A stretch of DNA of 61,613 nucleotides, counting the filler, from an uncultured Clostridia bacterium (GTDB taxonomy: Bacteria; CAYTYR01; UBA6262): assembly GCA_964441745.1 (NCBI GenBank). It is 5 parts of 5 records of this genome, joined end to end, with 100 filler letters (N's around TTAATTAATTAA, not from the genome) between each part and the next. Parts side by side here need not be neighbours in the genome. Positions count along the whole stretch, not along the records: positions 1 to 19,010 come from CAYTYR010000031.1; 4 more parts are not named here. One strand, given 5' to 3'. Each line of letters begins with the position of its first letter. The stretch's first letter is position 1. Both the position numbers and the translations under genes were made by a program. A model generated the notes under the pieces. It had not been told where the DNA came from and ran no database searches. It saw only the letters and a list, made by a program, of their open reading frames with translations. This document shows, in pieces, positions 1-9,263 of the stretch.

Positions 1-540
1 TTAAGCGGTTGTTTAATGGTTTTAGCTCTATTCTTGGTAGGTGGATGCGCTAAAAAAGCAATAAAAGCTACTCCGGACGAAACCAGGGCATCGCGATCAG
101 CGGTGTCTGATGAGGATACAGAAAAAGATTCAGATACAATGAATTCAGGAGCCATTCCTCCGGAAACCAGTTCACGGGGCCTGGATTTCGGCTCCATTGT
201 GAATGTGGCCTTGGAAGATGTCTATTTTGAATTTGACCAATATACTTTGTCCCAGATAGCCTTGGATACCTTGGCCAAGAACGTGGAAATGTTGAAGAGC
301 AATGCTAAGATCGTGGTCCAAATAGAAGGACATGCCGATGAACGGGGAACGGTTGAATATAATCTGGCGCTGGGGCAGAAAAGAGCGTCAGCGGTGCGCA
401 CATACCTGATCAATGCTGGTATTGACTCTGGCCGGGTATTTACGATTAGCTACGGCAAAGAACGGCCCCTTGATCCGGAACATAATGAAGAAGCCTGGGC
501 CAAAAACCGGAGAGCTCATTTTGCGCTGGCGGTTAAATAA
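1..540 (+). CDS. pal: Peptidoglycan-associated lipoprotein Pal (OmpA-like domain); frame open to window edge so true start may lie upstream
   Basis: Lipobox VGGC; OmpA_C motifs YFEFDQY, IEGHADERGTVEYNLALGQKRA, SYGKERP, AWAKNRRA. Confidence 0.95.
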   Translation, partial: LSGCLMVLALFLVGGCAKKAIKATPDETRASRSAVSDEDTEKDSDTMNSGAIPPETSSRGLDFGSIVNVALEDVYFEFDQYTLSQIALDTLAKNVEMLKSNAKIVVQIEGHADERGTVEYNLALGQKRASAVRTYLINAGIDSGRVFTISYGKERPLDPEHNEEAWAKNRRAHFALAVK

Positions 541-546
541 TAACCC

Positions 547-1338
547 ATGAAAAGAATAATTTTGTTAGGCGTCATCGGCGGGCTATTTTTGCCTGGTTGT
601 TTTGCCACCAGGGAGGAAATGGCTACGCTTAAAGAAGATCTGGCTAAATTGCAAGAGCAGGTCGGAGGAGTACAGCAGGGGATGAATAAGTCCACCTCCA
701 AGATCAAAATTGGACAGGCTGATATCGGGGCCAGGATGGATGCGCTGGAACTAGGCCAGCAAAAAGTTGAGTCTCAAGTCGAGGAAAGTAATAACAAAAT
801 TGATAAAGTAGGCATGCGCATAGACAATCTGGAGGCGGTCTGGCAGTCCCGCCTGAAAGCCCTGGAAGAAAGGTCAGCCGCCGAGTTGGCCGTCTCTTCA
901 GAAAAGATGTACCAGTCAGCGTATACTGATTATACTAAGGGTAATTATGACCTGGCGATAATGGGCTTTCGGCAATATCTGGAAAAATATCCTGCCGGGG
1001 TGTTGGCGGATAGCTCGCAATACTGGATTGGGGATAGTTTTTTCAGCCAAAATAAGTATGCCCAGTCAATTGAAGAATTCAAGAAAGTAAGCTTGAACTA
1101 TCCCCAAAGCATTAAAGTCCCTCCGGCTAAGTTAAAAATCGCTTTAGCGCTGGATTTAATGGATAAGAAAAAAGAAGCTTTAAAATTATTGGATGAAGTT
1201 ATGGCCCAATACCCTGATTCTACAGAAGCCAAAGCTGCTGCTGAAAAAAAGCAAGAACTGCAGAAACCTAAAAAGCAGGAGAAAGAGCCACCAAAGGAGC
1301 CAGAAAAGGAAAAGGAAAAGGAAAAGGAGAAGGAGTAA
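547..1338 (+). CDS. cpoB: Tol-Pal protein CpoB/YbgF (lipoprotein, coiled coil + TPR)
   Basis: Lipobox LPGC, coiled coil, TPRs (YQSAYTDY..GNY..AI..F..Y..KYP; YWIGDS; YPQS.K.P.A.LK); directly after pal. Confidence 0.9.
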   Translation: MKRIILLGVIGGLFLPGCFATREEMATLKEDLAKLQEQVGGVQQGMNKSTSKIKIGQADIGARMDALELGQQKVESQVEESNNKIDKVGMRIDNLEAVWQSRLKALEERSAAELAVSSEKMYQSAYTDYTKGNYDLAIMGFRQYLEKYPAGVLADSSQYWIGDSFFSQNKYAQSIEEFKKVSLNYPQSIKVPPAKLKIALALDLMDKKKEALKLLDEVMAQYPDSTEAKAAAEKKQELQKPKKQEKEPPKEPEKEKEKEKEKE

Positions 1339-2015
1339 TGATCGCGCCGGAAATAAGCATCAAAAGGGCGTTAATATTTTCCCTCTGCCTGCATGCGGTT
1401 TTATTTGCAATAACCGGCCCGAGATTCAAGCGCAAAACTATACGCTACTGGATGTCGGTTCCAGTAGAGCTGGTGACCTTGCCGTCCAGGGAGACGGCAA
1501 CGGTGAAACCAGCAGAACCGAATAAACCCCTGCCGGAACCAAAGAAAACCGCAGAAATAAAAAAAGCGCCAGAAAAAAAAGCAGAACTGAAAAAAGAAGT
1601 CATTACTGTCAAGCCCAAAAACAAAGTGGCTGAACCAAAACCGGAAGCAAAAGCAGCTCCACAACCTGCTCCGGTACCGGCAGCGCCGGTCAAAACCCAG
1701 TCCACAGCTATTGTGCCTGATGTCAATGATTTTCCGTTTTTATATTACCTGAACATTATCCAAAAGAAAGTCACCGCTAACTGGAATTTTGATTATGAAG
1801 GCAGTGTCCACCAAAAAGTAGTGGTTTTTTTTAAAATAGACAAAACCGGCCAGATCTATGACCAAAAAGTGGAGAATTCTTCCGGCATCGCGTTTCTGGA
1901 TCAGTCCGCGGTGCGGGCAGTTTTGCTTTCCAGCCCGTTTCCGCCCTTACCGGACGAATACAGCGGCAGTTTTTTAGGCGTTCATTTCGGATTTGAATTT
2001 AAAAAAGAAGGATAA
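1338..2015 (+). CDS. tolA: TolA/TonB-family energy transducer
   Basis: N-terminal TM with SxxxH (SLCLHAV), Pro/Lys-rich linker, TonB_2 C-terminus (SSG...LDQSAVRAV...PFPPLP). Confidence 0.8.
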   Translation: MIAPEISIKRALIFSLCLHAVLFAITGPRFKRKTIRYWMSVPVELVTLPSRETATVKPAEPNKPLPEPKKTAEIKKAPEKKAELKKEVITVKPKNKVAEPKPEAKAAPQPAPVPAAPVKTQSTAIVPDVNDFPFLYYLNIIQKKVTANWNFDYEGSVHQKVVVFFKIDKTGQIYDQKVENSSGIAFLDQSAVRAVLLSSPFPPLPDEYSGSFLGVHFGFEFKKEG

Positions 2016-2019
2016 GGCC

Positions 2020-3324
2020 ATGAATAAAAAGGCTTTTTATGCTGTTATATTAGGCTTGTTAGCAGCCTCTTTATTGTGCGCAGAGAACAAAGACGTTACG
2101 ATCGATGTCTCCAAGTTTGATTCTCGTAAGATAACTATTGCCGTAGCGCCATTTAGCGAATTAGAAAATCTGGGTGAAGATAACCTGGGAGGCCAGGTAG
2201 CCGCGATCATTAAAAATGACCTGAGCTTATCAGGGTATTTCACTATTGCTGATGTGGCCGATGAACAGAAATTGCAGTCTTCCAGCCTCAATTACATTGA
2301 ACTGAAGGACCAGGGAATAGAGGCAGTAGTAAAAGGAACTATTACTAAAAAAGACGACCAGTTTCTCCTGGAATGTTATTTATACGATACAACCAGCAAA
2401 GTAAGGGTAACCGGGGTACGCTATAAAGCCGTCAAAGCAATTTTGCGCAAATCTGTCCATGATTTTAGCGATGAAATTGTTTTCCGGTATACCGGGGAAA
2501 AAGGTATTGCCCATACCCGGATCTGTTTCGTCGGTGATATCAAAGGCCAGCGGGAAATTTACCTGGTTGATTATGATGGATACGATCTTACTACTTTGAC
2601 CAGTGAAAAATCCTTAGTCCTGCTGCCAAAGTGGACGCCTGATGGCCAGCGTATCATTTATACCTCATACAAAGATAATAATCCTGACCTCTATAGTATT
2701 AAAGATAATGGCTCTGGACGCAAGCTGTTGTCCGGATTTCAAGGCCTGAATTCCATGGCCAGGGTGGCGCCTAACGGCAAGTCCATGGTCATCGTTCTGA
2801 GCAAGGATGGTAATCCTGAATTATACCTGTTGAGCCCGGCTGGGGAAATGATCCGCCGGCTGACTAATAATAAAAGGATCGATGCTGCTCCCAGCTGGTC
2901 GCCCAGCAACCGTGACTTGGTCTTTATCAATGACCGGACCGGAGTGCCCCAGCTTTTCGTTACTGATATTGATGGCGCTAATATGCGGCGGCTGGTCTAT
3001 AACAATATTTATACTGATTCGCCTGAATGGTCGCCTACCGGTGAGCGGATTGCCTATGTTTCCAGGATGGCGAAGGGAGAATATAATATTTTTACTACTG
3101 ATATTGGCGGGAATTACCAGCAGCAGCTGACCAAGGGGACCAGGCGAAATGAAAATCCCAGTTGGTCTCCTGACGGCCGTTTCCTGGTCTTTGTCAGTAC
3201 CCGCAATGGGAAAAGCCAGCTTTTTGTGATGAGTAATGACGGCTCCAACCAGCGGCCTTTATTCCCCGGAGAATTAGAAGACCAGTTTAGGGGGGAGATC
3301 TATACTCCCTGCTGGTCACCATAA
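2020..3324 (+). CDS. tolB: TolB beta-propeller protein
   Basis: Signal peptide from ATG 2020, TolB_N domain, PD40 repeats (PKWTPDG, PSWSP, PEWSPTG, PSWSPDG). Confidence 0.93.
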   Translation: MNKKAFYAVILGLLAASLLCAENKDVTIDVSKFDSRKITIAVAPFSELENLGEDNLGGQVAAIIKNDLSLSGYFTIADVADEQKLQSSSLNYIELKDQGIEAVVKGTITKKDDQFLLECYLYDTTSKVRVTGVRYKAVKAILRKSVHDFSDEIVFRYTGEKGIAHTRICFVGDIKGQREIYLVDYDGYDLTTLTSEKSLVLLPKWTPDGQRIIYTSYKDNNPDLYSIKDNGSGRKLLSGFQGLNSMARVAPNGKSMVIVLSKDGNPELYLLSPAGEMIRRLTNNKRIDAAPSWSPSNRDLVFINDRTGVPQLFVTDIDGANMRRLVYNNIYTDSPEWSPTGERIAYVSRMAKGEYNIFTTDIGGNYQQQLTKGTRRNENPSWSPDGRFLVFVSTRNGKSQLFVMSNDGSNQRPLFPGELEDQFRGEIYTPCWSP

Positions 3325-3391
3325 TAGTATAAAAACCTAAACTTACACCTAATAACAGTTTTTTTGGCTAACTTATATTGGAGGTTAAATC

Positions 3392-4000
3392 GTGTTACAG
3401 TATTTTGTAAAAGGCGGGATAATGATGTGGCCACTTTTGTTGTGTTCCATATTAGCTGCCGCCATTATTATTGAAAGGTTCTTTTATTATCATCGGGTTA
3501 AGACTGATATCGCCACCTTTATGAGTGAGCTTAAAAAACTGGTTTATACCGGGCAAACTGCCGCGGCGATATCTTTATGCGAGCAAACTCCCGGGCCAGT
3601 GGCGTATGTCCTGGCGGCAGGGTTGAAAGAGAAAACACACGGCCGCGTAGCCATGGAAGAAGCCATGGAAGAAGCAGGGCTGGATGCCATTCCTAAATTG
3701 GAAAAATTCCTGCCTTCTTTATCTACCTTGGCCAGTATTTCCACTCTGCTTGGTTTTACCGGCACAGTGACCGGGATGATCGCTGCTTTTAACGCTATCG
3801 CGGCGGCTAATGTCACTAGTGCCCAGGTGGTCGCCAGCGGCGTGAGCGAAGCTTTGATCACTACTGCTTATGGATTATTCATCGCGATCCCCACCGTGGT
3901 GGCTTATAATTTATTTATTACCCGGGTGGATAGTTTTGTGCTGGGCATAGAAAAGAGTTCCACAGAGCTGGTCGGCGTTGTGACCAGGGAGAAAAAGTAA
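3392..4000 (+). CDS. MotA/TolQ/ExbB proton channel
   Basis: GG.MM.PL start, LLGFTGTVTGMI.AF, GVSEALITTA.GL.IAIP. Confidence 0.92.
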   Translation: MLQYFVKGGIMMWPLLLCSILAAAIIIERFFYYHRVKTDIATFMSELKKLVYTGQTAAAISLCEQTPGPVAYVLAAGLKEKTHGRVAMEEAMEEAGLDAIPKLEKFLPSLSTLASISTLLGFTGTVTGMIAAFNAIAAANVTSAQVVASGVSEALITTAYGLFIAIPTVVAYNLFITRVDSFVLGIEKSSTELVGVVTREKK

Positions 4001-4021
4001 TACTAAAGACAGGACACTGGA

Positions 4022-4429
4022 ATGAAATTCAAAAGAAGGCATCACCGCCTGATAGAACGGCTTGATCCTACCCCAATGACAGATGTTATTTTTAACCTGG
4101 TCATATTCTTTATGATCGGGGCCAGTTTCGGTTTACCGCAGGCGATAGGAGTAAAACTGCCGAAAGCAGTCACCAGTGACCCTCATCCCGAAAAACAAAT
4201 TGTGTTGACTATTACCAAGGACAATAAATATTATCTTGGCGAAAAAAGAATAGATGTGAATACCCTGCCTAAAGAGTTGAAGGCAAAGTTCGCCGGGCAT
4301 AAGGATAATTCGCTGATCATTAAGGCCGACCGGGCCGTCCTGCATGGGATAGTAGTACAAGCGATGGATATTGCCAAGAGAAACGGTGTGGAAAAAATGG
4401 CTATCGCCACAGAGCCGGACAAGCCATAA
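4022..4429 (+). CDS. ExbD/TolR family protein
   Basis: TPMTDVIFNLVIFFM with conserved Asp; IKAD...HG.VV..MD. Confidence 0.92.
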   Translation: MKFKRRHHRLIERLDPTPMTDVIFNLVIFFMIGASFGLPQAIGVKLPKAVTSDPHPEKQIVLTITKDNKYYLGEKRIDVNTLPKELKAKFAGHKDNSLIIKADRAVLHGIVVQAMDIAKRNGVEKMAIATEPDKP

Positions 4430-4528
4430 AAAAGCTTTACATAGGAAAAGAATATTTGATATATTTAAGATCAGGCAAATAATATAATGCAAGCTACGAA
4501 ATAATCTAAAGAAAGAGGGGGTAAAGAA

Positions 4529-4720
4529 ATGTTAAAACGTCTTTCTGAAATATTCATTTTTCTGGCTTTTGCCGGATTTCTGACATCCGTAGTGGCGGCC
4601 GCCAGGACAAGTTCTATGTTGTATGGATTTTCGGTGAAGGCTTACGGCCAATTTACTATTTGTGCTTTGGTTTTTTCTATTGCCCTTTCGCTCCTGGAAA
4701 TGAACAGGCCACAAAAATAG
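4529..4720 (+). CDS. Small 2-TM membrane protein, unknown function
   Basis: 63-aa ORF with two hydrophobic segments; GAGGGGG RBS upstream. Confidence 0.6.
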   Translation: MLKRLSEIFIFLAFAGFLTSVVAAARTSSMLYGFSVKAYGQFTICALVFSIALSLLEMNRPQK

Positions 4721-4782
4721 ACTCATTACCAGTCTGCAGTACCGGCTGAGCCGGTCAACTCTGCTTTATACTCAACAGCTCT

Positions 4783-4817
4783 AATCTGTGTAATCTTCTT
4801 TTTCAATCTGTGTAATC
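4783..4817. repeat. AATCTGTGTAATC doublet repeat (also 10418-10452, 11575-11635, 43908-43941, 51226-51238)
   Basis: 13-mer recurs in pairs 21-22 nt apart in intergenic DNA, both orientations. Confidence 0.8.
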
Positions 4818-5058
4818 TCCTTTCAAAAAAAAGCGCTTGACAAAATAGAAATCTCTGGCATATTTATTTCACCATACAAAAACTTCATAAGAAAACACCA
4901 AGCCTCAGGTACTGGCGTACCTATTGTTGTTTACCCCAATAGTGCTTCGTTGAGGTGTGTGAAAGTAGGATCAAAGGATACGGGGAAAGACCGTATCAAT
5001 TTGGTAACATTTTCAAACACTAAATCGAGGAACTATATTATTTTTTAGGGGGGCAACA

Positions 5059-8000
5059 ATGAAAGCGAGTACCATCTTTAAGTCTGCAGTAAGGATCCTG
5101 GCTGTTTTTTCCTGCCTCGCGTATGGGCAGGTGGCTTTAGCTGCCACTACCAGCTTTACCGAGACATTCACCAGTACAACTTACAAATCATCCAATACCA
5201 CTGCAGTATGGAACACTTCCACCGGGCAAGTTTCTTTGCCGACCACCAGCACATCCAGCTACACCCAAAAGAACATGAGCATAGCGCGCGATGCCTCCGG
5301 CAACATGGTTATGGTCTGGATCGACAGCCGCAACGGGGCCATTGACGTTTATGGCGCCAAATACAATACCAGCGGCACCAAGATATGGGGAGACAAAAAG
5401 TTAAACCAGTCAGTGCTGTTAGACGGTGTCTGGGACCAGGCGCCAAGAGTAGCCTGTGACAGCAGTAGTAATATATATGTATCTTACGCGGTCAGTACTG
5501 GTAACCTGAGGCTTTTAAAATACAATTCCAATGGGGACTATCAATGGGACCGGCAGGCAGATTCAGCCGCTTATTCGGCAGAATGGTGCTTGCATGACCT
5601 GGCTGTTGACAGCGTCAGTAATATATATGTTATCTACCAGAGATACGGACCGCAGGGCACTGGTTCATTTATGTCCAAATTTGATGCCAACGGCAATAAG
5701 CAGTGGGGTGATAAATACAGCGGCGTGGGCAATGATCCTTGTATCGCTATCAATGGCGGTTATATTTATGTGGCCAGCAGTAACGGCACTGTTGCCAGGA
5801 TCGATGCCAATGGTAATCAAGTACTTTCGTATTCTATAGGAACGGTAACCAGTGCGAGGATCGCAGTCGACTCTATTGGCTATGCTTGTATTGCTTATAG
5901 CTCCAATTACACAGTGCAATATGTGAGATACAATACAGCTGGCACCCGGGTTTCCGGGCCAGTCCTGGTCTCTGTTGCTGGGTCATCGTACCTGCAAAAA
6001 GAAATGCCAATGATAACCATCGATTCTTCCAATAACAAATATATCGTTTTCCGTGATCGTTACGACACTGGCAGTGGTTATGATATTCGTCTCAAAGGTG
6101 TGAAACTGTCCTCGTCTGATACAAATTACTGGACCCAGGGCGGAATCCAGCTTACTAATAATGATTTCATTGAGCAGAGCGCAGCGGCTGTGGCGCATGA
6201 TGGCGCCGGCGGACTGTTTGGCATCTGGATGGCTAACAGCAATCTGTATGCCAACAAAATAGTATCTGCCGGAACCAGGGCTTGGAGCGCTGACCTGCCC
6301 TTATTCACCGCCGGGACAGCCTATATTAATAGTGCTTTTGCTGAGACAACAGCGATAGATACAGCTACCACTAACATATTAGCAGCTACTTTAACCTATA
6401 ATGCTACCTTGAACGGGCAATCAGTCACTTTCCGGATGAGCAATAATGGCGGCGGCGAGTGGCGTGATGTGACCCCTGGCACAAAATACACCTTCCCCAC
6501 AACCGGGTCTGACCTGCGGGTCAGGGCTTTCCTGGCTACTACCAATACTACAGTTACTCCTTATCTTAATGATATAACTATTGCCTATGACCACTCAGAT
6601 ACTAGCGGATCAGGCACGTTCCCATATCGCATGTACTGGGACACCACCTGGACACCTGGCCTTTCGGGCTGGATGGGATCCAGTAACGGAGCCAGCTTGA
6701 CCTGTGACACTGCATTTACCGGTGAAAAGTATAGCGGCACTAATAGTACAAAATTCACTTATAATCCAGCAGTGGAAAGCTGGGCTGGTATTTACAGTTT
6801 ATACTCTGGAAGCTGGAGCGGAACAGGCATTAACCTAAGTGGTAATAGACGGTTGACTTTCATGGCCAAATCCTCAGTTAATGGCGTAGTAGTTACCTTC
6901 GGTACAGGCCAAGATACTGATACGGCCAAGAAAGAGCAGGCCTTCACCTTAACTACTGCCTGGCAGCCGATCACCATTGACCTGGCAGGATTAAATCTCA
7001 GCTCCATCAATGGCGTGTGGTACTTCTTCATTGAAGCATCACGCAATACCGGTATCGCCAGCCCGATCACTTTCTATGTTGACGAAGTTTCCTATGATGA
7101 AATAGCAGTGGTAACAGATACGACTCCTCCTACCGGAACTCCATCTGTTCCGACTGACCAGGGAGCATCTACTACCAGCACTTCCTTGGTCTTTAATTGG
7201 ACCATTGGTACTTCTGCCGACACACAATCCGGTATAAATGGATATTACCTGCAAGTAGCGAGAGATACCGGATTTGCTAATTTAGTATTCAATACTGATG
7301 TCGGTAATGTCACCTCTTATACTGTTACCTCAGGCGTGGCTGCTGGCAATACCTATTATGCCAGGGTCAGAGCTAAGAACGGCGTTGGCTTGTATGGCAG
7401 TTTTTCTGGCACCAGTGACGGCATCTTAGTCCAGACCGCAGACACGACCGCGCCGGTTATTTCCAGTGTAGCCAGCTCTGGCCTGACGGCCAGTGGAGCA
7501 ACTGTTACCTGGACCACGAATGAAGCCAGCAATACCCAGGTAGAGTATGGCTTAACCACCAGCTATGGCAGCAGCTCAACGCTGAACACCAGCCTGGTAA
7601 CCAGCCATAGCGTAGCTTTAACTGGTTTAAATGCGAGTACCTTGTATCACTATCGCGTTAAATCCAGAGATGCAGCTGGTAATTTAGCTACCAGCGCTGA
7701 TTATTCATTGACAACGGCCAGTGCGGCAGACACGACTGCGCCGACGGGAACGCCGACGGTGCCGACGGATGCGGGGACCTACAGTACCAGCACCTCAATC
7801 GTGTTCAACTGGACCATCGGGACCTCCGCGGATGCGCAAAGCGGCATTACCGGCTATTACCTGCAAGTAGCCAATAGTTCTGCCTTTACCACCCTGCTGT
7901 TCAATGGCGATGTGGGCAATGTCCTGACCAAGACTGTTACTGGCTGCACACAAGGCCAGACCTACTATGCACGGGTCAGGGCGAAGAACGGGGTAAACTT

Positions 8001-9234
8001 GTACGGCAGTTATACCAGCGCCTCGAACGGGATCAAGATCGATAATACTGTACCAACCGGCGTCCCAACCGTCCCAACCGATGCTGGAACCACCTCAACT
8101 TCAACCACGATCACCTTTAACTGGACCGCAGGAACATCCGCAGATGCGGAAAGCGCGATTAGCGGCTATTACCTGCAAGTGTCCAATAGCTCATCATTTA
8201 CCACCCTGCTCTATAATGCGTATGTGGGCAATGTCCTGACCAAAGCAGTTGCTAATTGTGTCAATGGCAGTACCTACTACGCGCGGGTCAGAGCCAGGAA
8301 CAATGCCGGCTTGTACGGCAGTTATACCGCGGCCTCGAATGGGATCCTGATCAATACCGGTAGTGTCCCGACCTATACGGTAGGCACAACCACCTATAGT
8401 TGGATCACCACCAGCACCGCAACCGGGATTACCCTGGATGACCAGAGCAAGCTATTTACCTTACCGTTTACCTTTAAATACTATGGAGTGAACTATAGCA
8501 GTGTGTATGTCTGCAGTAATGGGTTCATGAGCCTTAACTCATCGGCCACTGCGTACTCACCGAAAACAATACCCAATACAATAGCACCGAATGCGTTATT
8601 AGCCGCTTGGTGGCGGGACCTGAGCCCGGCCAAGAGTGGCGGGACCATCACCTATAGCAGTTCATCCACGAGATTTGTAGTGACCTGGAGCGTATACAAC
8701 TATGCGAACGCGAACAAGCAGACGTTCCAGATAATCCTCTATCCCAGTGGGGAGATCAGATACCAATACCAGGCCATCACCAAGGACCTGACTACGGTGG
8801 TTGGAGTAGAGAACCAGGCTGGAACAGCCGGCAAATCTTATGCCTCCGCCAGCATCAGCAATGGGATAGCCTTGAGATTCGTGCCTACCACGCAGGCAGC
8901 CGCGGCCCTGGGTTATGCGCCGAGCCTAGACTTTGCCGAAGGTGAGAGCTATGTGTATCCGAATCCGGCCAAGGGAGGGCAGAAACCTACGATCCATGTG
9001 GAAGTCGGGGAAGCGGACAAAGTAGAAGTATATCTCTATGATGTGGCTGGCGATCTGCAGGACAGCTTTGAGCTTACTGATGCGCCGACCATCAATCCTG
9101 ATAATTTGCAGTATGCTTACGAGTACCAATGGGATACCACGGACAAGGCGAGCGGCGTGTACATCGCCTATATCGTGGCGACCAAAGGTTCGGATAAGCT
9201 GAAGATAACTAAGAAATTCGCCGTAGTGAAGTAA
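5059..9234 (+). CDS. Large secreted multidomain protein: beta-propeller, CBM-like, four FN3-like, NIDO-like domain, T9SS type-A-like C-terminal sorting domain
   Basis: Sec signal (ALA-A), Thr/Ser-rich; repeats DTT.PTG.P.VPTD.G...YYLQV...TYYARVRA.N; C-terminus YVYPNP...LYDVAG...WD...ASGVY...KKFAVVK. Confidence 0.8.
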   Translation: MKASTIFKSAVRILAVFSCLAYGQVALAATTSFTETFTSTTYKSSNTTAVWNTSTGQVSLPTTSTSSYTQKNMSIARDASGNMVMVWIDSRNGAIDVYGAKYNTSGTKIWGDKKLNQSVLLDGVWDQAPRVACDSSSNIYVSYAVSTGNLRLLKYNSNGDYQWDRQADSAAYSAEWCLHDLAVDSVSNIYVIYQRYGPQGTGSFMSKFDANGNKQWGDKYSGVGNDPCIAINGGYIYVASSNGTVARIDANGNQVLSYSIGTVTSARIAVDSIGYACIAYSSNYTVQYVRYNTAGTRVSGPVLVSVAGSSYLQKEMPMITIDSSNNKYIVFRDRYDTGSGYDIRLKGVKLSSSDTNYWTQGGIQLTNNDFIEQSAAAVAHDGAGGLFGIWMANSNLYANKIVSAGTRAWSADLPLFTAGTAYINSAFAETTAIDTATTNILAATLTYNATLNGQSVTFRMSNNGGGEWRDVTPGTKYTFPTTGSDLRVRAFLATTNTTVTPYLNDITIAYDHSDTSGSGTFPYRMYWDTTWTPGLSGWMGSSNGASLTCDTAFTGEKYSGTNSTKFTYNPAVESWAGIYSLYSGSWSGTGINLSGNRRLTFMAKSSVNGVVVTFGTGQDTDTAKKEQAFTLTTAWQPITIDLAGLNLSSINGVWYFFIEASRNTGIASPITFYVDEVSYDEIAVVTDTTPPTGTPSVPTDQGASTTSTSLVFNWTIGTSADTQSGINGYYLQVARDTGFANLVFNTDVGNVTSYTVTSGVAAGNTYYARVRAKNGVGLYGSFSGTSDGILVQTADTTAPVISSVASSGLTASGATVTWTTNEASNTQVEYGLTTSYGSSSTLNTSLVTSHSVALTGLNASTLYHYRVKSRDAAGNLATSADYSLTTASAADTTAPTGTPTVPTDAGTYSTSTSIVFNWTIGTSADAQSGITGYYLQVANSSAFTTLLFNGDVGNVLTKTVTGCTQGQTYYARVRAKNGVNLYGSYTSASNGIKIDNTVPTGVPTVPTDAGTTSTSTTITFNWTAGTSADAESAISGYYLQVSNSSSFTTLLYNAYVGNVLTKAVANCVNGSTYYARVRARNNAGLYGSYTAASNGILINTGSVPTYTVGTTTYSWITTSTATGITLDDQSKLFTLPFTFKYYGVNYSSVYVCSNGFMSLNSSATAYSPKTIPNTIAPNALLAAWWRDLSPAKSGGTITYSSSSTRFVVTWSVYNYANANKQTFQIILYPSGEIRYQYQAITKDLTTVVGVENQAGTAGKSYASASISNGIALRFVPTTQAAAALGYAPSLDFAEGESYVYPNPAKGGQKPTIHVEVGEADKVEVYLYDVAGDLQDSFELTDAPTINPDNLQYAYEYQWDTTDKASGVYIAYIVATKGSDKLKITKKFAVVK

Positions 9235-9263
9235 ATATATACAATAAAAATTTGGAGGAAGAA

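Noticed and set aside
1262-1335. GAAAAG-type repeats at cpoB 3' end
   Set aside because: In-frame low-complexity EK tail; ordinary
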